64,000 bases of DNA from a virus (lineage: Duplodnaviria; Caudoviricetes): the IMG/VR virus record IMGVR_UViG_3300033121_002154, positions 1-64,000 of that record; one strand, 5' to 3'. The notes below the pieces were generated by a model that was not told the origin of the DNA, did not search any database, and saw only the letters and a list, made by a program, of their open reading frames with translations. How positions within the stretch are numbered: position 1 is the stretch's first letter; the number at the start of each line of letters is the position of its first letter. A program made the translations under genes and the position numbers. Below, piece after piece: positions 1 through 9,445 of this stretch.

Positions 1-198
1 TGAAGTAAGCCATAATGCAGCCCCATTTTTCAAAAGTCCAGTATTATAAAGTGCATTCTCAACAATGCCATCTCTTTTTTTATTTCTTTCTGAACTTCCG
101 ATATATCCAAAAACAACACCACTATTTATATAATTTTGAAATTGTTTTGTTTCAAAAATATTATTTGAAAAACCGCCTTGATAATTTATTTTTTTCAT
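1..198 (-). CDS. hypothetical protein, partial (runs off the window start)
   Basis: Read by hand: ATG at 198, open frame MKKINYQGGFSNNIFETKQFQNYINSGVVFGYIGSSERNKKRDGIVENALYNTGLLKNGAALWLTS... to the window edge, downstream of the neck gene on the same strand. Confidence 0.5.
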   Translation of the reverse strand, partial: MKKINYQGGFSNNIFETKQFQNYINSGVVFGYIGSSERNKKRDGIVENALYNTGLLKNGAALWLTS

Positions 199-255
199 AT
201 TATAATTTTAATTTATTATAATATAATAATAATATGTTACTTTAATATTACTTTT

Positions 256-1536
256 TTATCCCATCATGATAGTCAAAGGGAAAAATTTGAGCTGATCATT
301 AAGTGCTTGTGCAATTTCAGCTTCTTCTTTCATCATATTACTTTTCTTAAATTTTTCTAAATCAGTCTTCAATTCTTCTCTTAATCTTGCTTGATCAGCT
401 ATTCCTCTTTGAACCAAATCAGAACCATTTAACTGAACATCACCATTTGGTAAAGGTATACTTGCATATTTTCCTCTAATATCTCCCAATAATTCTTTAC
501 AAATTGCAATTGTATATTCTCTAATCCACTGTCTTGAAACTGGGTTCATTTCTTCATAATTTATATCTTGCATAGGTACATTCCAAAATGCATTTATACC
601 ACTCATTGTATTATCAATTCCACCAGATAAACTTCCAGTTAAACTTGATGATAAACTTGTATGATTTAATGATTCCATACCAGAATGAAAAGCATCAGGG
701 TCTTGAAAATATTCAAAAAATATTTTTATAGCATGCTTTGGAGTAGGAAGTAAAATTAATCTATTGCCAAATTGATTATATGAATAATTTGATCTTCTGA
801 CTAAATCAGACTGCCTATTTACCTGCCCTCTTAAAATATCATTCCACACAGGCATTACATAATATGAAGAATAATTTGGGCCAGCATAAGATTCAATTGG
901 CATTTCAGTTGATAAAACATTATAATTATTACTGCTCCATAAATCAAAACCCCTATTTAAACTTAAAGGTTGATTATGATATAATTTAGCAATTGTTACT
1001 GAAGCAGGATTCGCTGAATTACTTAGAACATAATTTCCTAAACTTAATCCTGTTTGTACATCAAATAAATCAGTATAGATGTTATAATCTTGTTGACCAG
1101 GAGTTACACTTACATATCCTCTTCTTATATCAACATTTCCACCAACCGGTGTTGGTCCAAATATTCCATAATTCTTTGCATTTCTTCTCATAAATGAAAA
1201 TGTTTCATAAGGAAGAATATTCTTTAAATCATGTTCTGAATAATCTCTTGAAAGTCCCATAATTGTAGAAAAATAATTTCCAATCTGAATTGTTGATAAT
1301 ATTCTACTATATTCAAGATTTGATCTTTCAAAGGCAGAGTTAATTTGACTGTCACTTATTTCTACAGTTAATACAGGTTCTCCCAATTGATATCGTGTCA
1401 TTCTGCATATTTCTCCAAATTCACCACTTAAAGAATTTAAATCAGATGATCCAAGTAAACCAGTGTCAGAAAAAATTGATTGAAAATCAGTGTCTGTTGA
1501 ATTTTGACTAAGATCTGTAAATTTAATAAATGACAT
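256..1536 (-). CDS. neck / head-completion protein (T4 gp13-like)
   Basis: N-terminal QLGEPVLTVEISDSQI and C-terminal WIREYTIAICKELLGDIRGKYASIPLPNGDVQLNGSDL resemble gp13-family motifs; head-module context. Confidence 0.75.
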   Translation of the reverse strand: MSFIKFTDLSQNSTDTDFQSIFSDTGLLGSSDLNSLSGEFGEICRMTRYQLGEPVLTVEISDSQINSAFERSNLEYSRILSTIQIGNYFSTIMGLSRDYSEHDLKNILPYETFSFMRRNAKNYGIFGPTPVGGNVDIRRGYVSVTPGQQDYNIYTDLFDVQTGLSLGNYVLSNSANPASVTIAKLYHNQPLSLNRGFDLWSSNNYNVLSTEMPIESYAGPNYSSYYVMPVWNDILRGQVNRQSDLVRRSNYSYNQFGNRLILLPTPKHAIKIFFEYFQDPDAFHSGMESLNHTSLSSSLTGSLSGGIDNTMSGINAFWNVPMQDINYEEMNPVSRQWIREYTIAICKELLGDIRGKYASIPLPNGDVQLNGSDLVQRGIADQARLREELKTDLEKFKKSNMMKEEAEIAQALNDQLKFFPLTIMMG

Positions 1537-1537
1537 T

Positions 1538-2392
1538 TTAATTTTCCCCTTTATTTAATTTTCTTGTAAGATGACTAAGTTTTGCTGCAATACTTCTTTT
1601 TATTTTGTTTTCTTCTGAATTATATTCAGATGTTTGTTTTCTGATTAAAAATTTCTTTTTTATTAATTCTCTTCTTTCATCTGTCCATTTTTTTTGTTTT
1701 CTATTTTCAAAATTTAAATTAGGATTTAATTTACAATTTTCATTATGCCATTTTTTTAAATTTGAAACATCATATTCATTTTTACAATATATACATTTTT
1801 CCTTTTTTCTATTTTTTGCAGCATTACCAATTTTTATTTTTGTTTCTTCTGAACATTTTGGCCCAAATCCTTTTTTGCAGTGAGCCTTACTTAATTTTTC
1901 TCTATGTTCTTTAGTATTACATTTTATTTTACAGCTATCACAAATTGATTTTTTATGTTCTTCAGATAATTTTATACCTATACGAAGCTTTGATAGTTTT
2001 GCTTTTGCAAAATCTGATTGCTTCTTTCCCTTCATTCCAAAATTAGGATTTATTTTTATATTCTTTTTGACACTTTGACTAATTTTTTTATAAATTTCAA
2101 TTTTATTTGGATGACTTGATAGTACATCACCAAATTGACCGCCAATTGCAATATTATATCCAATATTCAAATTTCTTGATTCTAATGCTTTAATCCAATA
2201 TTTTTCAGATTCATTTATTTCTTGTTTTGACCAGCATTTTTTGATGATGTCTTTCTTGAAGTTTTTTCTACCATATTTTTTTATGGCGTAGTTTAATAGT
2301 AATCCAGAACCTAAATATTGTTCATTATTTCCCTTTTCCTGTCCAACATAAATCTTTCCATTTATGAGATTTGTTGTTTTGTATATTTGCAT
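1538..2392 (-). mobile_element. free-standing GIY-YIG homing endonuclease (Seg-like) with NUMOD3-type repeats
   Basis: IYKTTNLINGKIYVGQ...YLGSG...GYNI catalytic module followed by repeated SEEHKKSI / SEETKIKIG-type DNA-binding motifs. Confidence 0.88.
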
Positions 2393-2404
2393 AATTTAAT
2401 TATA

Positions 2405-2446
2405 TTTATATAAATATTATAAAATTTTTAATAATATTTATATAAA
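2405..2446. promoter_or_regulatory. 16-bp perfect inverted repeat carrying back-to-back TAATATTTAT motifs; putative divergent late promoters
   Basis: 2405-2420 tttatataaatattat and 2431-2446 ataatatttatataaa lie in the divergent intergenic gap; the same or a one-mismatch 10-mer recurs upstream of genes at 9332, 42378, 47673 and 48341. Confidence 0.45.
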
Positions 2447-2497
2447 ATTAGTTTTTATTGGTTTATCCTCATAAAAATGTAAAATAAAATCTTAAAT

Positions 2498-2791
2498 ATG
2501 AATTTTAAAAAAAATAAAGTTGGTGATTACCTATTGATAGACTCATCAGATGGCGCTATTGAATATCGTGGCACAAAAGAGCAAATCAAAGAATTAGTTT
2601 GGAAGTCATTTATATCTAAAAAAGATTTATCTTGGTTGACACTTATATCTGTATCTCAATGGAAAAAACAATGGAAATCTACTTGGGATGAAGATAGCAT
2701 GGACGGAACTGATAGCTTTAAAGAATTTGGAATAAATGAAAATAATATTTATAATTCTATTAAAGGAATAAAAAAAAAATATGTTAATTAG
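2498..2791 (+). CDS. hypothetical protein
   Basis: 97-aa ORF, first gene of the plus-strand run. Confidence 0.6.
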   Translation: MNFKKNKVGDYLLIDSSDGAIEYRGTKEQIKELVWKSFISKKDLSWLTLISVSQWKKQWKSTWDEDSMDGTDSFKEFGINENNIYNSIKGIKKKYVN

Positions 2792-2815
2792 ATTAATAAA
2801 TGGACAATTAAAATC

Positions 2816-3079
2816 ATGATAAGTCTATCAAATTTATTAAAACTTATTCTTGAACAACAAAGAAAAAGAGTTGTTAGAAATGGAAAAATTGTGAATAAAA
2901 TCATATGTCCTCCAGGTAAGAAAATTGTCAATGGAAGATGTGTTCAAATGACATCAATTGAAAAAGTTAACAGAAAAAAATCTGCAAAGAAAGCTGCCAT
3001 TAAAAGAAAAAGTAAGAAAAGTACATCAACAAGAAAACGAAATCTTTCAATGAAGAAAAGAAAAAATTCAGGATTATAA
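2816..3079 (+). CDS. prohead core protein (T4 gp68-like), basic, with LILEQ leader
   Basis: Highly basic C-terminus RKRNLSMKKRKNSGL resembles the gp68 C-terminus; RVVRNGK motif. Confidence 0.6.
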   Translation: MISLSNLLKLILEQQRKRVVRNGKIVNKIICPPGKKIVNGRCVQMTSIEKVNRKKSAKKAAIKRKSKKSTSTRKRNLSMKKRKNSGL

Positions 3080-3351
3080 TGAAAATAAGAAAAAAAGATT
3101 TAATTAAACTGATAAATGAACAAAATCATAGTTCAATCGAAGATCAATCAACACATTTTAAAAATGATCTTTTATTAGCTATTAAAAATATAGATACTTT
3201 TAATTTATCAAATAAACAATTGAAAACCAAAGGAATTAATGCCAAATCATTAGTTGATGTTAAAAATGGCTGGAAACTTATTTGGGAAACTGATAATAAA
3301 AAATTTGAAACAATTTGTACACTATCTCATAAAGAAATTAAAAAATTATGA
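3079..3351 (+). CDS. leader-bearing putative internal head protein
   Basis: MKIRKKDLIKLINEQ leader. Confidence 0.6.
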   Translation: MKIRKKDLIKLINEQNHSSIEDQSTHFKNDLLLAIKNIDTFNLSNKQLKTKGINAKSLVDVKNGWKLIWETDNKKFETICTLSHKEIKKL

Positions 3352-4265
3352 TTCTAAAAGAAGAAGAGTTTATACCAAAAATATTAGAATACAGAAATAA
3401 TCCTTCTATATTTTGTAAAGAACAATGTAAAATCAAACACGTAACCAGGGGTTTGGTACCATTTGAAACATTTCCTGCACAAGATAGATGTATGCAAGAT
3501 TTTTTAAAACATAGATTTAATATAATTTTAAAAAGCCGACAAATTGGTATTTCAACTGTTGTAGCAGGATATATTTCTTGGAAATTAATATTTTTCCCAC
3601 ATCAGGAAATTAGAGTAATTGCTACAAAAGCTGAGACATCGAAGATTATTATAACAATGGCTTATAATATGATTGATAGCTGTGATCAAAGGATTTTATC
3701 TGTTATGGGTGCAACAAGAACATCTTTGGCAAAACATACAATTTCACTTGCAAATGGAAGTAAAGCTTATTCATTTGGACAAGCAAAAGGTGATAATCCA
3801 GATACAGGTGTAGGAACAAGTTTAAGTTTATTGGTAATTGACGAGGCAGCTTTGATTTCAAATATTTCTGAGGTTTGGACATCTGCATATCCTTCACTTT
3901 CACAAGGTGGAGATTGTATTATACTTTCAACTCCAAGAGGCGTTGATAATTGGTTTTATGAAATGTATCAAAAGGCAGAAAATAAAGAATATGGTTATGG
4001 TGAAGAACCATTTAATCCAATAAGACTTATGTGGTGGGAAAATTTAGAAAGAATTCAACATCCATTTACACCACTTGAAGATGATCCAACAGCAATAGGT
4101 GGAAAATCAAATTCTTGGTCAAGAGCAACTTTTGGTTCATTAACAAAGAAAAAGATTGCACAAGAATACTGTACTTCTGGTGATACAAAAATTACTTTAA
4201 GAGATAAAGAAACCGGAATTGTTTTTGATACTTCTATGGAAGAATTTTATAAACAACTATCATGA
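3348..4265 (+). CDS. terL: terminase large subunit, N-terminal ATPase half fused to split-intein N fragment
   Basis: Walker A-like KSRQIGIST, Walker B LLVIDEAA, coupling motif ILSTP; ends AQEY-CTSGDTKITL...YKQLS. Confidence 0.93.
   Translation: MILKEEEFIPKILEYRNNPSIFCKEQCKIKHVTRGLVPFETFPAQDRCMQDFLKHRFNIILKSRQIGISTVVAGYISWKLIFFPHQEIRVIATKAETSKIIITMAYNMIDSCDQRILSVMGATRTSLAKHTISLANGSKAYSFGQAKGDNPDTGVGTSLSLLVIDEAALISNISEVWTSAYPSLSQGGDCIILSTPRGVDNWFYEMYQKAENKEYGYGEEPFNPIRLMWWENLERIQHPFTPLEDDPTAIGGKSNSWSRATFGSLTKKKIAQEYCTSGDTKITLRDKETGIVFDTSMEEFYKQLS
4170..4262 (+). mobile_element. split intein N fragment (IntN, 31 aa)
   Basis: CTSGDTKITLRDKETGIVFDTSMEEFYKQLS: intein block A (C1-x-x-G-D-T) followed directly by a stop codon. 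Confidence 0.9.
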
Positions 4266-4786
4266 AAAAAATAATATTTATCTTTTTAATGTTTTGTTCA
4301 GTTATATCTTTTGGACAATCGGTTACATCAACAATTACAAATTTTCAAATTACAAAAGATAAACTTCTTTTTGATGTTTACATTCTCAGAACAAGTAAAT
4401 TACCATTAAACATGGGTAATTCATCATATATTTGGAATGTTGAAAAAGGAGTATTTAAAAATCCAAAAATAGTATATTTTAATTCAAAATATACATCAAA
4501 AAGTAATTCACAAGATTATGCAGATCCAAAATTAATTGCTATAAATACTTTCACTAAAAGTAAAATTGCATTACAGATATATTGCACTCAAGGTGATGGT
4601 ATTGGTGAAGAAATTAGTGGTTCTGGAGAATCAATTTATGGTGAAAAACTTTGTACTATTCAAATGGATATTATAAAATTTGGTTCATTAAATATAAAAT
4701 GGGATGTATTAAATTCAGCAACAGTTACTCCATCATTTTGGCCAATAATTACTGATACTTATTTTATTGATTTTTTTAAACAATAA
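4262..4786 (+). CDS. secreted cohesin-like beta-sandwich protein (paralog of 5237)
   Basis: Signal peptide MKKIIFIFLMFCSVISFG/Q; shares FDV..MG.SS...NP...N.(K/R)YT..LQI with 5237. Confidence 0.55.
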   Translation: MKKIIFIFLMFCSVISFGQSVTSTITNFQITKDKLLFDVYILRTSKLPLNMGNSSYIWNVEKGVFKNPKIVYFNSKYTSKSNSQDYADPKLIAINTFTKSKIALQIYCTQGDGIGEEISGSGESIYGEKLCTIQMDIIKFGSLNIKWDVLNSATVTPSFWPIITDTYFIDFFKQ

Positions 4787-4818
4787 AAATATATTTAAGC
4801 AAATTTAAAAATATTGAA

Positions 4819-5214
4819 ATGAAAATTACAAAAACTTTATTAAAGCAAATAATTCTTGAACAAAATCATCATTTTTTTGGACCATCAGCTGCCGATGAAA
4901 AAGAAACTGGGTTAGCAAATTTAAGAATTAAAAATCCGTTTATTTATAGAGGAAGATTTAAAAATGGTGATGCTTTTAAAAAATATATTAAAAAATATTA
5001 TTTAAAAAATGATTACAAAAGATTGTCAAGTACCCCTGTAAAAATAATACCAGGGAATCGAAATTTATTAACATTTTATTCTAAAGATGGGTTTGACAGA
5101 AAAAATGTTGAAAATATATTTAAGCCTATAATTATAAAATTTAATACAGTAGAAAGTTTACAGTTAAAATTAATAGATTTTAAACAAAATCAGTTTACTT
5201 TAATAATTGAATAA
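4819..5214 (+). CDS. leader-bearing putative internal head protein
   Basis: MKITKTLLKQIILEQ leader. Confidence 0.6.
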   Translation: MKITKTLLKQIILEQNHHFFGPSAADEKETGLANLRIKNPFIYRGRFKNGDAFKKYIKKYYLKNDYKRLSSTPVKIIPGNRNLLTFYSKDGFDRKNVENIFKPIIIKFNTVESLQLKLIDFKQNQFTLIIE

Positions 5215-5236
5215 TTGAATAATTGAATAAAAGAAT

Positions 5237-5758
5237 ATGAAAAAATTAATAATATTTTTAATTGCACTATTATTCATCAGTTGCAACAATGATAATAATG
5301 TAATTTCTACAAATACAGAAAATATAGATAGAATAAGTAAAACAAAAGCATTAAGTGATACTGTTTCAGTTAAATTAACAAATATGACTATTGTCGGTGA
5401 TTTTTTGAAATTTGATGTTGAATGTAAATTAGTTTCAACTGAAAATTTTATTATGGGCAGTTCAACATTTGCATTTGATAAAATAGCACTAATAAATCCA
5501 ACATTAAGTAATGTAAATCCAAGATATACAATTGGCAATGGGAATGGATATTATCAAATGATGGTTGGTGATTATGGTTCTCAAGTTGTATTACAAATAA
5601 TTTATTTGAATTCACCAGGAAGTAGTTTATTTAATAAATATGAAAGAATTGCAACTATAACAATGAAAATTGTTGGTAGTCATCAATTAAGTTTTAATAA
5701 TGGTTTATCATTTATAATTAAACCAGATTTAACAAGAGCTTTTATTTTGTTAAATTAA
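5237..5758 (+). CDS. lipoprotein with cohesin-like domain (paralog of 4262)
   Basis: Lipobox LFIS/C followed by NNDNN; similarity to 4262. Confidence 0.6.
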   Translation: MKKLIIFLIALLFISCNNDNNVISTNTENIDRISKTKALSDTVSVKLTNMTIVGDFLKFDVECKLVSTENFIMGSSTFAFDKIALINPTLSNVNPRYTIGNGNGYYQMMVGDYGSQVVLQIIYLNSPGSSLFNKYERIATITMKIVGSHQLSFNNGLSFIIKPDLTRAFILLN

Positions 5759-5767
5759 AAAGAAATT

Positions 5768-6628
5768 ATGAATAAAATTAGTTTAAAATTAGCAAAAAAA
5801 GTTGCAGACAAACTTGAAATTAAATTTGACAAATTTAGTTTAAAGCAATTTTGTTATGGAATGAATGTCGAAACAGAACACGGAAGTAAAGATAAAAAAA
5901 CACAAATTGTAAAAAATGATAATCCAATGATATTTGGTAAAATTGCTTTGGCACACTTGAATGAGTTTCCTGATTATTATATTAGATTAAATAGAATGGA
6001 GAAACAGGCAAAAAAAGATCAAAAAATTTTAAAAGAAAATCCTGATAAAATTAATCTAAAATATATAAGACAGGATAAACGAGATAGGGAAATAATATGG
6101 TTTGACAATGATACATATACATTTGGATATTTTGATAATAGATTATATATTGAATCTGGCGGAATTAAACATAGTGATTTAAAAAATGAAATGGGCCAAT
6201 TTGGTAGAGATGATCTTAAACATGCTGGAAGATTTTGGTTAAAAAATCATGTAATATCTTTTTGGAACCCTATAAACACACAAGATTTAAAGAAATTGAT
6301 TAGAGATATTTATAAAGAAGTACAAGTAAAAATTGAAAATGATTGGTATATTGAATATGATTATAATAAATTTAAAACAATAGGTGAATTCACAGGAGAA
6401 ACAACTAAAAGTAAAGATATTAATTCTGATCATACTGTTCCACCAATGTATAAAATTAAAAAACCGATAAGGGGTTTTGGTTCTGATAAATATAATAAAT
6501 TAGCTGCAACAAATAAATATAATTCTGTAGCTCAAATGAATTATTATAATAAGAACAAATATGCAAATGAAGAATATAAAATTACAAAAAAAGTTTTACT
6601 TGAAATTATCAGAAAATTTATAAAATAG
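5768..6628 (+). CDS. two-domain protein: DUF5661-like N-terminus + ESPD/GRFW-family domain + C-terminal leader-like helix
   Basis: GMNVETEH...IALAHLNEFPDYYIRL; ILKE/NPD junction; GRFW..SFW..GFGSDKY..AQMNY shared with 6941 and 29076; ends EEYKITKKVLLEII. Confidence 0.65.
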   Translation: MNKISLKLAKKVADKLEIKFDKFSLKQFCYGMNVETEHGSKDKKTQIVKNDNPMIFGKIALAHLNEFPDYYIRLNRMEKQAKKDQKILKENPDKINLKYIRQDKRDREIIWFDNDTYTFGYFDNRLYIESGGIKHSDLKNEMGQFGRDDLKHAGRFWLKNHVISFWNPINTQDLKKLIRDIYKEVQVKIENDWYIEYDYNKFKTIGEFTGETTKSKDINSDHTVPPMYKIKKPIRGFGSDKYNKLAATNKYNSVAQMNYYNKNKYANEEYKITKKVLLEIIRKFIK

Positions 6629-6666
6629 TTTTTTATTGAAGTAATAATTAAAAAGGAGACATCAAG

Positions 6667-6933
6667 ATGACATCATTAACAAAATTCTTTGTAGAAAATA
6701 AAAATTTCTTCAGCAATATTTTGGCTTTTATTTTATTCATTTATCAACCATTAAGTGATTATTTAACTAATCAGGAATTCAACTGGAAAACATTTATCGT
6801 ATTCTTATTAGGTGCAATTGTTTCATTCACAATTGGTAAATATCCAACAAAATTAATTCCAAAAAATTCTAATACTGAAATTCAAAAAGAAATAGATGAA
6901 AAAGGTTTTATTAATTATAAAGATTTAAAATAA
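6667..6933 (+). CDS. small two-TM membrane protein (holin-like)
   Basis: Two hydrophobic segments, charged C-terminus, AAGGAG SD at 6653. Confidence 0.45.
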   Translation: MTSLTKFFVENKNFFSNILAFILFIYQPLSDYLTNQEFNWKTFIVFLLGAIVSFTIGKYPTKLIPKNSNTEIQKEIDEKGFINYKDLK

Positions 6934-6940
6934 AATTAAA

Positions 6941-7549
6941 TTGAAATTACTTAAAGAAAGTCCAGATCACTATTATCTTACTGCAGAAAATAACAATGGA
7001 AAATTCATTGATGGTGATTGGAGAGATAGTGATGCATGGTGTTTTTGTTATTATAAAGATGAATTCTATATTGCAAAATCATGTAGTCATTTTAAATTAT
7101 TAAGTATTAATTTTAAAAATAGCGAAGATATAGATGAAATAATTGATGATGCATATTATAAAGGTAGATTTTGGAAAAATGGTAAATATTTAGCATTCTG
7201 GGAAAATCCAAGTAAAAGTGTATTACCTAAAATCATCAGTGATATTTACAAAGACACAAGAATCAAAATCACTGATGATTGGTGGATGGAATTAGATAAT
7301 GATAGAGCAGACCCTGTAAAAGTTCGTGATTATCTTGGTCATAAAAGAAAAGAAATAGATATGTCAAAAAGACATTTAACAAGTCCAATGTATAAGGATA
7401 AAAAAGATATAAGTGGTTTTGGTTCAGAAAAATATCAAAAAACAAGTTCATCTAATGGTTTTAATTCTGTTGCACAAATGAATTATTTAAAAAATGAGAA
7501 TAATTTAACTTTAAAAGCCATTTTAAATGAAATTAATAAAAATTATTGA
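6941..7549 (+). CDS. ESPD/GRFW-family protein with minimal leader
   Basis: MKLLKE/SPD; GRFW..AFW..GFGSEKY..AQMNY. Confidence 0.65.
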   Translation: MKLLKESPDHYYLTAENNNGKFIDGDWRDSDAWCFCYYKDEFYIAKSCSHFKLLSINFKNSEDIDEIIDDAYYKGRFWKNGKYLAFWENPSKSVLPKIISDIYKDTRIKITDDWWMELDNDRADPVKVRDYLGHKRKEIDMSKRHLTSPMYKDKKDISGFGSEKYQKTSSSNGFNSVAQMNYLKNENNLTLKAILNEINKNY

Positions 7550-8093
7550 GCAAATACAAATTCCAGATAAAATGGATTTTTATGAACTATTAAATTATTA
7601 TAATATATCCTTTGATGATTATTCTAATATTAGTGATGTTTGGGTAGACTGGCACAATAAAAACAAATCAAGTGCAATAAATAAATTATTAAAAAATTCA
7701 AAAAATACTTTAATTTCAAAAATTAGATTTTATCAGGAACATATTTTAAAGATTAAAAATTTCGGCAGTAAAGTTTTATCCGTAAAAGAATTTGAAAAAG
7801 CTTTAAATAAAACAATAACAATATATAGAGGTGGAGCTGGAGAATATGATCCAAAATATTCTAATTATAATAGAAAATGGGTGTCATTTACAGCATCTAA
7901 AAATAGAGTAGCTACTTTTTCTGAATATGCTGGTTCTGTTGCACAACATGTTTATATGTTACCGAAAAATAAAGAATATTGGAAAGTACAGGTTAATTGT
8001 AAATTAGATGATATTCTTTTATATTATGATGTTGGTGATGATGAAGTAATAATTCCATTGAGCATTGCAAAAACTGCAAAATTAATAATTTAA
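7527..8093 (+). CDS. putative ADP-ribosyltransferase (R-S-E type) with leader
   Basis: MKLIKIIEQ; IYRG...WVSFT...GDDEVII. Confidence 0.55.
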   Translation: MKLIKIIEQIQIPDKMDFYELLNYYNISFDDYSNISDVWVDWHNKNKSSAINKLLKNSKNTLISKIRFYQEHILKIKNFGSKVLSVKEFEKALNKTITIYRGGAGEYDPKYSNYNRKWVSFTASKNRVATFSEYAGSVAQHVYMLPKNKEYWKVQVNCKLDDILLYYDVGDDEVIIPLSIAKTAKLII

Positions 8094-8100
8094 ATAAAAT

Positions 8101-8439
8101 ATGCTAAAATTAACTAATAAATATGAAGTTTTAACCCCAAATGGCTGGGATAATTTTGATGGGATTAATCAAACTGAATCTCAATATTTGATTAAAATTA
8201 CATTGGAAAATAAATTAATTATTAGAGTTACGCCTAATCATCAATTTGTAGTAAATAACATAAATGTTACTGCTAATGATTTGCAAGTTTTTGATGTAAT
8301 TCAAAGCAAAACAGGCTTAACAAAGATAATGAATATAGAAAGAGAAATTGATGAAAAAAATTTATTTAAAGTTTATGATTTATATAATGTCAATAATATT
8401 CAAAGAGCATATTATACAAATAATGTCATTAGTCATAAT
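8101..8439 (+). mobile_element. split intein C fragment (IntC, 113 aa)
   Basis: VLTPNGW start, block B TPNH, block F VYDLYNV, terminal SHN followed by Cys+1. Confidence 0.92.
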
Positions 8440-9315
8440 TGTTGTGACTTTATATTATCTGGTGAAACTGCAATAGATGCAGAAATTATCGAGTGGATTA
8501 AACAGAATTATATGAAAGAACCAATCGATAAACAAGGACAAGATAAAGATTTTTGGATTTGGAAATATCCTGAAACTGGTAGAAATTATATTATAGGTGC
8601 TGACGTTTGTAAAGGTGATGGAAGTGATTATGCATCTGCACAGATAATATGTGTTGAAACGCTTGAACAGGTCGCTGAATTTAAAGCAAAAGTTGATGCA
8701 GAAAGATTGGGTGCTTTGCTTTGTAAATGGGGAATTGATTATAATAATGCACTATTAGTTCCAGAAAATAATAACTTTGGACAAAGAACAATACAAAAAA
8801 TTCTTGATTTAAATTATACAAATTTATTTTGGTTTGATAAAAGATTTAAGGGATTAGTATTTTCTAATTCTGCTGAAGAACCCAATCAGGATAAAAAAGA
8901 ACCTGGTTTTCCAACAACAGGTAAAACAAGACCATTAATGTTAGAAAATTTGATTAAATATATAAATGAGTTGGTTGAATGTGGTTACAGAGGAATACCT
9001 GGGGGTATTATAATACATAGCAGTAGATTGATAACTGAATTTAATTCTTGGGGATGGTTTAATGGTAGATTGGATCATGCAAAAGGTAAACATGATGATT
9101 TAATTATCGCAATAGCAATTGCTTGTTTTATTTCAACTGTTTACAAACGTATTTCCGATAATGGTAACAATACTGTTATTGAATTTATGAAATTTTTCTC
9201 AAATGATAAACAGAAAATTGATGCATCTTTTGGTTTATATACAAGTGGTAAGAATAGTGGTCATAACCCGTATATAACACCTCAAGGTGAGGATATTTCA
9301 TTTTTGGTAAAATAA
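8101..9315 (+). CDS. terL: split-intein C fragment fused to terminase large subunit nuclease half
   Basis: First 113 aa are intein-like, then CCDFILSG; RNase H-like IIGADVCKG and HDDLIIA motifs. Confidence 0.93.
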   Translation: MLKLTNKYEVLTPNGWDNFDGINQTESQYLIKITLENKLIIRVTPNHQFVVNNINVTANDLQVFDVIQSKTGLTKIMNIEREIDEKNLFKVYDLYNVNNIQRAYYTNNVISHNCCDFILSGETAIDAEIIEWIKQNYMKEPIDKQGQDKDFWIWKYPETGRNYIIGADVCKGDGSDYASAQIICVETLEQVAEFKAKVDAERLGALLCKWGIDYNNALLVPENNNFGQRTIQKILDLNYTNLFWFDKRFKGLVFSNSAEEPNQDKKEPGFPTTGKTRPLMLENLIKYINELVECGYRGIPGGIIIHSSRLITEFNSWGWFNGRLDHAKGKHDDLIIAIAIACFISTVYKRISDNGNNTVIEFMKFFSNDKQKIDASFGLYTSGKNSGHNPYITPQGEDISFLVK

Positions 9316-9445
9316 TTTAATATTTTTTTAATAATATTTATTAAAATGGTTTTTTTATTAAAAAAAACAAAAACGAAAATGACAAAAAAAAAAATTAATT
9401 AGATTAATCTCAGAACAATATAAAAAGATTGTCAATGAGTTAAAT

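Noticed and set aside
3348-3368. MILKEEE at the TerL start as a cargo leader
   Set aside because: Too short, no amphipathic helix, and terminase is not a packaged protein; likely chance
5200-5538. Minus-strand 112-aa ORF and similar short opposite-strand ORFs throughout (e.g. 13242, 15555, 24090, 43342, 58446)
   Set aside because: They overlap well-supported genes on the other strand and have shadow-like composition
4265-8101. Group I intron or homing endonuclease as the cause of the terL interruption
   Set aside because: Both flanks carry clear intein motifs, and none of the seven intervening ORFs has HNH, GIY-YIG or LAGLIDADG motifs
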